This document shows positions 58,409 to 64,000 of a DNA stretch of 64,000 nt, piece after piece. The stretch is from IMG/VR virus record IMGVR_UViG_3300013233_000151, positions 7,962 through 71,961 of that record; one strand, 5' to 3'. The notes beneath the pieces are model-generated. The model worked only from the letters and a program-made list of their open reading frames with translations. It was not told the origin of the DNA and did no database searches. Numbering within the stretch: the first letter of the stretch is position 1; each line of letters begins with the position of its first letter. A program made the translations under genes and the position numbers. The DNA is from a virus.

Positions 58409-58457
58409 ACGGGTACTTGAACGCCTCGTCGAAAGCGTCTGAACCCAAGGCACCAAT

Positions 58458-58850
58458 ATGGCACTCACTCACGTCGTTGCTATTCGCAACCAGCTTGCCG
58501 ATCTCGTCGTCGATGCACTCGACCTCGGCACCATGAATGCAAACGGCGATCTCCAGATCGGCACGGCAGCATTCGCGGCGATTCTCTCCACCGTTGAGTT
58601 TTTGAACCCAGCGTTCGGCGCATCCGCAGGAGGTACGGCCACGATGGCGGGAGCACCTCGGGAGGACTCCGCTGCGGTGGGTGGCGGCACAGCAGCGGTT
58701 TTTCGCGTACGTGACCGCGATGACGGTGAGGTCTTTCAAGGGACCGTTACCATCACCGCAGGCGGTGGCGACATGGAGTTGTCCAGCATCACGATCAACA
58801 ACGGCGATGCGATTCGGATCAATAGTTTCACCTACGCGTCTTCGCCGTGA
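58458..58850 (+). CDS. Small beta-sandwich structural protein (paralog A)
   Basis: RN..ADLVVDALD, PAFG, DSAA..GTAAVFRV, QGTV..G.D..L. Confidence 0.7.
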   Translation: MALTHVVAIRNQLADLVVDALDLGTMNANGDLQIGTAAFAAILSTVEFLNPAFGASAGGTATMAGAPREDSAAVGGGTAAVFRVRDRDDGEVFQGTVTITAGGGDMELSSITINNGDAIRINSFTYASSP

Positions 58851-58898
58851 TAGGTGTCGTGACGGTGGCGATGAGCAGCGTACGCATCGCAGGCTAGT

Positions 58899-59339
58899 AT
58901 GGTTTTGTCTATCGACAACGTGCGAGCGGTAGCGTGCTGTAATCTCGTGGTGGATGCGCTTGATTTAGGATCCGTCAATCCGCAGGCGACGTTGGTTCTT
59001 TACAGCGGGACAGTCCCGGCATTGGTTGACTCAGCGCTGTCGGGAAACCTGGTACTCGGTCAGCTTGCCATGACCGCGCCCGGTAGCGGCGGTGCGTTTG
59101 GAGATGCAGTAGACGCCAACCCGGGGGCAACAGTTACCGCGAATGCGATTTCGGATGATACGTTAGCGGATAATTCGGGAACCGCGAGCTTCTATCGAGC
59201 TTTTGATCGTAACAACGTGCCTGTTATCCAAGGCACGGCTGGAACCGTCGGTACTTCGTTGATTCTCAACAACGCAGACATTCAAGCGGGGTCGATCATT
59301 AGCGTTTCGAGTCTAGTTTTTACATTCCCGGAGGGCTAA
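58899..59339 (+). CDS. Small beta-sandwich structural protein (paralog B)
   Basis: LVVDALDLG, AFG, DTLADNSGTASFYR, QGTAG; visibly homologous to the previous ORF. Confidence 0.7.
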   Translation: MVLSIDNVRAVACCNLVVDALDLGSVNPQATLVLYSGTVPALVDSALSGNLVLGQLAMTAPGSGGAFGDAVDANPGATVTANAISDDTLADNSGTASFYRAFDRNNVPVIQGTAGTVGTSLILNNADIQAGSIISVSSLVFTFPEG

Positions 59340-59406
59340 GGCGTCGATGTTCAACAACTGGGAACTGAGTCTTTATATTTTGCAGTCCCTACGCGGGGCG
59401 TAACGT

Positions 59407-62400
59407 ATGCCGCTTACTCTCATCGACGGGGTGAGGGCCGCTGCCGTTACCACTGGAACTGCGGGGGTAACGACGCAGGATTTTCTTGTCTCGGGAGTCT
59501 CTTGGATACCGATCGCGGCGCTCATTGAGGTGAGTCATGCGACGGCGGCGAATACTTCGTTCGATAATGCTTCATTGTCGGTTGGTGTTACTGATGGAAT
59601 CTTCGAGGGCGGTCTCGCAATTGTTGACAAGCATGGGTCTACTCCGTCGGTAACGAGACGCGCGGGATTCGACGATGCTATTATTCGCGTTCCGACGCCA
59701 GGAACCGCAACCTCATGGGAAGCGATTGGCAGCTTTGATAGTTTCATCGCGGGCGGCATCCGCATTTTGTGGGATGCGATCCCTACCACGGCCTTTTTGA
59801 TTCACGTCACTCTTTGGTTTGGGGATGGGACTACGGTATCGGCAGGGACAGTCACGCCCCCAAGTAAGCTCAACAGTCCGTCTCAGGTTACGACGGGAAA
59901 TACTCCAAATCACATTGTCGTCCTTTCTCCAACGATAATTTTAGACGAAGCGTTCCATAACGTGAGTGATGTTCAAATCGCTCACGTTATTAGGACGACG
60001 GGAACGATAGCCGACTCTCGGTTTATTTCGTCGCAGCAACAGAACAATAAGAATCCATCTCAAAGCACCGCAGTTATTCGCAGTAACTTAGACGTAGCTA
60101 TAACGTATCGGAGTGGGGTTTCGATAGCGATCGACGCCACGACCACTATGATCCCTAGTTTTCACGCAACTGACGGTTTTGAGATTGGATCAGAAGGTGT
60201 GAACGATACCGTCGTTGGAAATTCAATTATTTATATGGCCTTCGAGTATGCTGAGAACTTAGTAAGCCTGCAAAACTTTCAGATGCCAACGACGCTCGGC
60301 GTCGTAAACTATCTATCAGGATTTGTGACGGGTGCTGCGTTTTCCATCACTACGTCGGTCAATACTACGGTGTGGAACGCTACTAGCTTCAACGCGAACG
60401 CTGGGTATCAGTCGTTTGGATTCTTTGGTCAATCGGGTAATCAGTGGGCGCTTGGTCAAGGTCATCAGGACAATACTAATCCTACCAATACGGAATCTAG
60501 GTCTGAGGACAGCCTCATCTTCGTGAAGGAGAACGCAGGCGTGAACGTACTCTCCGAGGGTTCAGCTACGTTCAACGCGACCGACGGCATTGATGTCAAT
60601 TTTAGCGTTGTCGCTGCTTCGGGTCGTCAATGCGCGTTGCTTCAAGTTTCCCGTGACATCCATACAGGAATCGGGTCAGGTTCTTTTCCCACGTTCAGCG
60701 GGTCGGGGATAGGGTTCGTTAGCCTGCAAGGCTCTGTGGATACTGCCGCTGCGTCGGCAGTGTCGTCTGTCGCAGCGCAGAGAGCCATTCAAGCAACAGC
60801 AGCAGTTGTTGCGGGGCCTGCGATCACGCTATTCGACGTAGTGGTGATTAGTCAGACGGCCGTAAGCGTTCAGGCAGAGCCCACGCTTTCCTCTGCCTCG
60901 GTTAGTAAGCGAATGCACGCTCTGATGACTGTGCAGTCAGCTTCCGCGACGGCTCTTATTGCATCACAAAGAGTTAGCCGATCGAATGCCGTTGTAGTTA
61001 CGTCCATCGTGGCGACGGTCTCTATAGGTGCCGACCTCTTGCGACAGGCGACGTTGACGCTCGACGCTGATTCCTCGACGGTCTCGATCGACGCGGATGA
61101 GATCAAGAACGCGACGCTTGCGCTCAACGCTGACCCAGCCGCCGTGGCGACGGACGCCGACCTTCTGCGACAGACGATGCTGACGCTCGGCGTCGATCCA
61201 GCGACGGTCTCGATCGACGCCGACGCGCTCGTTATCACGAGCCCCGCGATGACGGCGAGCGCGGCCGTTGTGATCTTCGACACTGACAAGATCGTGCAGA
61301 CGAGTCCGACGATGGATGCCGATACGGCCACGACGATCATCTCGGCAGAGATCGTGAGTGCGGTCGCAGCTTCCGTGGTGGGCGAGGGCAACCCCGCCAC
61401 GACAGCAATCTCTGCGCAGAAGATCCACGTCGTTGATGTCGCGGTTACGGCAGGCACGTCCGAGGTGGTGCTTGGCGTTCAGAAAATCCACGTCGTCGAT
61501 GTCGTGGTGCAGACCGACGACGGCACCGTCACGGTCTCGGCCGATCTCCTGCGGCAGACGGACGCGGCCGTTCAGGCCGACACCGCTACGGTCACGCTCG
61601 ACGCCGACAAGCTCAAACAGACGAGCGTGACGGTTGCGGCCGGTGTTGCCACGGCGGCGCTCGATGTCGATCACGTCGTTCAGACGACCTCCACGGTCTC
61701 GGCCGACGCAGCCATTACGTCGGCACCGACGCAGAAGATCCACGTCGTTGATGTCGCGGTCCAGGCGGATCTCGATACCGCTGCGATCGACGGCTCGATC
61801 ATCCAGGTCGAGGGCGAGGTGCTGGCGAGTGCGGGGGCTGCGTCTACGACCTTCGACGTACAGCCGATCGCGCAGGCCAGCCTGACCATGCAGTCCGACG
61901 CCGCCACCACCGCCACCCCGGGGCAGCGCGTGGAGCAGATCGCCCTCACGGTGACGGCTGACAGCGCTTCATCCGCTGCCCCTGTCCAGCGCCTCCTGGG
62001 GGCTTCTCTGCTGCTCCAGTCCGATGAGGCACTGGCGGTCGCGCTCGGCCAGAAGGTCGCACAGGCGGCCGTGCAGGCGGACGCTGACCTCGCTATTGCC
62101 TTCGCCAGCAGCTCTTCGGTTCAGGTGCAGGGCTCGGCGGTCGCCCAGGCGGGTCTGGCCGTCACGGTCTTCTTGGGGCAGAGGGTCTCGCAGGTGACGC
62201 TCGACCTGCTCGCAGGGTCCGTGGTGGTGCAGCTCCCGGGCCTCCGCGTTGTTCAGACGGGCGTTGCCGTCCAGGCCAGCACCGCTACATCGACTGTCAT
62301 CGCATTCGAGCCAGCGAACGCCAGCGCACCCTCAACGATTTTTGGGCTGGACTTAGAGCATCTCGTCGTCTCCCCTGCGATCCTGACGGTCGTGACGGCC

Positions 62401-62469
62401 GTACAGACGCAGCATTTCAGCACACGCAAAATCGCTGACACCATTTTGGTAGTTGCGCAGGATACTTGA
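59407..62469 (+). CDS. Long fibre-like protein: variable N-terminal domain + 21-aa Ala/Val/Thr repeats
   Basis: ATLTLDADSSTVSIDADEIKN-type 21-mers; DNA block CAGAAGATCCACGTCG at 61417, 61480 (variant) and 61732, in 63-bp phase. Confidence 0.7.
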   Translation: MPLTLIDGVRAAAVTTGTAGVTTQDFLVSGVSWIPIAALIEVSHATAANTSFDNASLSVGVTDGIFEGGLAIVDKHGSTPSVTRRAGFDDAIIRVPTPGTATSWEAIGSFDSFIAGGIRILWDAIPTTAFLIHVTLWFGDGTTVSAGTVTPPSKLNSPSQVTTGNTPNHIVVLSPTIILDEAFHNVSDVQIAHVIRTTGTIADSRFISSQQQNNKNPSQSTAVIRSNLDVAITYRSGVSIAIDATTTMIPSFHATDGFEIGSEGVNDTVVGNSIIYMAFEYAENLVSLQNFQMPTTLGVVNYLSGFVTGAAFSITTSVNTTVWNATSFNANAGYQSFGFFGQSGNQWALGQGHQDNTNPTNTESRSEDSLIFVKENAGVNVLSEGSATFNATDGIDVNFSVVAASGRQCALLQVSRDIHTGIGSGSFPTFSGSGIGFVSLQGSVDTAAASAVSSVAAQRAIQATAAVVAGPAITLFDVVVISQTAVSVQAEPTLSSASVSKRMHALMTVQSASATALIASQRVSRSNAVVVTSIVATVSIGADLLRQATLTLDADSSTVSIDADEIKNATLALNADPAAVATDADLLRQTMLTLGVDPATVSIDADALVITSPAMTASAAVVIFDTDKIVQTSPTMDADTATTIISAEIVSAVAASVVGEGNPATTAISAQKIHVVDVAVTAGTSEVVLGVQKIHVVDVVVQTDDGTVTVSADLLRQTDAAVQADTATVTLDADKLKQTSVTVAAGVATAALDVDHVVQTTSTVSADAAITSAPTQKIHVVDVAVQADLDTAAIDGSIIQVEGEVLASAGAASTTFDVQPIAQASLTMQSDAATTATPGQRVEQIALTVTADSASSAAPVQRLLGASLLLQSDEALAVALGQKVAQAAVQADADLAIAFASSSSVQVQGSAVAQAGLAVTVFLGQRVSQVTLDLLAGSVVVQLPGLRVVQTGVAVQASTATSTVIAFEPANASAPSTIFGLDLEHLVVSPAILTVVTAVQTQHFSTRKIADTILVVAQDT

Positions 62470-62516
62470 CGGTCGTGTTTGCCCCCAATACCAGAGTATG
62501 ATCTGAGGAATACGAC

Positions 62517-62864
62517 ATGTCGCAAGGAACCAAGATCACCACCTTCGAGGGAAACGCTGTTCGGCACACGTTCAACCTCAAGCAGTTCGGACAGAACGCG
62601 CCCGTGGACGTGTCGGCCGCGACGGCCATCAACTTCGAGTGGGAACTTCCGGACGGCACGAACCAAACGCCCGTCGTGGTGAGCGCCGTGGAGCCGGGAG
62701 CTAATTGGGCACTCGGCGTCGTGGTCGTGTTTATCCAAGCACCCATCACCGACAACGTGGGCGATTACCCGTTCAGTCTCACGGTTGTTATCAACGGCGA
62801 GACGATCACGTACGAGTGCGGCGAGGTGAACGTGCTGGATCGACGTGGCTTCACGTCTCCGTGA
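62517..62864 (+). CDS. Small Ig-like/BppU-like structural protein
   Basis: PVDVSAAT.INF, VGDY.F.LTV; GAGGA RBS. Confidence 0.55.
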   Translation: MSQGTKITTFEGNAVRHTFNLKQFGQNAPVDVSAATAINFEWELPDGTNQTPVVVSAVEPGANWALGVVVVFIQAPITDNVGDYPFSLTVVINGETITYECGEVNVLDRRGFTSP

Positions 62865-62932
62865 CGCTTCGGTAGTATCTAGGACCCGCTGACATCGCAG
62901 CGGCCCCGTTCCTGAATTAGAGGACTCGGCCC

Positions 62933-63652
62933 ATGAAATACGCTGCTCTGTCGTTACTGCTGGTTGGCTGCGTGGGATCCGATCACGCGGTTCAGGATCT
63001 CTTGATACCGGATGAATTTCACCTCTCCTACACGGGCGGCGATAGCGACAGTACAGGTGCGTCAGGAGGCGGTCACGCGCCTTGGCGGCGCTTCGGAGTG
63101 GGAGACGGGGACTATCGGGCTTGGACGTTTGGTCTCACTTGGAAACTCACGGGGCCAGGTCCGATGGCGAGCGACCTCAAGGAAGCTGCTCGTCAGATGC
63201 AGATCAGCGCGCGTCTCATGGCCGACTCCGCCACAGCCTCCCTGAGCGCCCCTGAGCCAGTGGTGGCTGTGGTGGCCACGACGGCCGCGTCTGAGCCCGT
63301 CGCGGCCCCTGCGCCCGCAGGAGAGTCCTCGGAGCCCGTGGTGGTCGTTCAGCCGGGTGCCGCCCCGGACATCAACATCAGCGTTGAGAACACACAGGCG
63401 GCCACGGTCGAGGACAACGACGAGACGGCCGCTAAGGCCGCCCCCGGCGGCCCCGACCCCGAAGAGCCCCGAGGCGTCAAGCTGCTCGGGATCAGCTCGG
63501 AGGTGTGGACGCAGCTCCTCGTGGCTCTCGGGCTGCTCGCCACGGCGGTCGCGGGCTACCTGGGCCGGGAGCGGATCCCGGGCGTGAAGGAGATTACGAA
63601 GAAGGGCAAGGCCGCTCGGGCCGAGAAGAGGTCCGAGAAGTCGAACGGCTAA
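62933..63652 (+). CDS. Lipoprotein with C-terminal TM helix; putative unimolecular spanin
   Basis: Lipobox LVGC after a short signal; VWTQLLVALGLLATAVAGYL TM followed by a basic tail; GAGGA RBS. Confidence 0.6.
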   Translation: MKYAALSLLLVGCVGSDHAVQDLLIPDEFHLSYTGGDSDSTGASGGGHAPWRRFGVGDGDYRAWTFGLTWKLTGPGPMASDLKEAARQMQISARLMADSATASLSAPEPVVAVVATTAASEPVAAPAPAGESSEPVVVVQPGAAPDINISVENTQAATVEDNDETAAKAAPGGPDPEEPRGVKLLGISSEVWTQLLVALGLLATAVAGYLGRERIPGVKEITKKGKAARAEKRSEKSNG

Positions 63653-63653
63653 T

Positions 63654-63674
63654 CTCTGGACCCAGCGTCCAGAG
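63654..63674. repeat. Palindrome copy 5 (CTCTGGAC CCAGC GTCCAGAG) between convergent genes
   Basis: Perfect 8-bp inverted repeat filling the intergenic gap. Confidence 0.85.
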
Positions 63675-63956
63675 CTATCGGGGGTGGATCCTATTGAGGC
63701 TGGTGCCGTCTCCGAGGACGCCTCGATGCGCCTTGTTGGGGTGCGGCTCTTTGAGCGGTTGGCCGTCGTAGCGCAGCCACTCCTCGACCTCGTGCAGCTC
63801 TCGTTGCGACACTGTGTCGAACGCGAACCGGAGGAAGTTCGTCTCGTCCATCGCGCCGAGTTGCGCGCGCGTGAGCGCGGCCGTGAGCATGAGCGGGCGG
63901 ATCGCTTCACCTCCAAGCTCGCAGTCGATCTCGTCCTTGCCGAAGCGCAGGATCAC
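63675..63956 (-). CDS. Hypothetical protein (last gene of a convergent minus-strand unit)
   Basis: ORF ends immediately at the palindrome. Confidence 0.55.
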   Translation of the reverse strand: MILRFGKDEIDCELGGEAIRPLMLTAALTRAQLGAMDETNFLRFAFDTVSQRELHEVEEWLRYDGQPLKEPHPNKAHRGVLGDGTSLNRIHPR

Positions 63957-64000
63957 TCCACCGGCGGGCTCGCCTTGCGGATAGCAGAGCAGCTCCCACC

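Noticed and set aside
1-64000. Stop-codon reassignment, tRNA/rRNA genes, integrase, DGR, or a bacterial contractile injection system
   Set aside because: Standard code gives dense full-length genes; no RNA genes, reverse transcriptase or integrase motifs were seen; capsid, protease and neck genes show this is a phage

Overview
This window is a ~64 kb GC-rich segment of a large contractile-tailed (myovirus) phage genome with T4-type morphogenesis proteins; the host cannot be determined from the sequence. It is almost entirely + strand. Order: head-core/internal proteins, including a 2503-aa modular giant (1-11.5 kb); an accessory island with two ParB-methyltransferase fusions, a secreted protein, sulfotransferase-like and MazG-like genes (11.5-19.4 kb); probable head accessory proteins, a gp21-like protease-scaffold fusion and gp23-like capsid (19.5-24.8 kb); neck, sheath, tube and chaperones (25.9-35.8 kb); tail accessory proteins, tape measure and baseplate (35.9-55.9 kb); fibres and a u-spanin-like lipoprotein (55.9-63.7 kb). 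Two free-standing homing endonucleases are inserted. The strongest candidate for a new system is a pair of polyproteins (17-7528, 9833-11479) built of many unrelated small modules separated by acidic [LIVM]-x-E linkers that match prohead-protease sites; three linkers share a 14-bp DNA repeat at exact 210-bp spacing, suggesting shuffled cassettes of head-packaged effectors. Other signals: a GTAGAC-type promoter family, a covarying CTGGAC-N5-GTCCAG hairpin, a triply self-nested domain in the tail sheath, a homing endonuclease that duplicated and recoded the tape-measure start, and two candidate frameshifts. All family assignments come from motif recognition by eye, not database searches.
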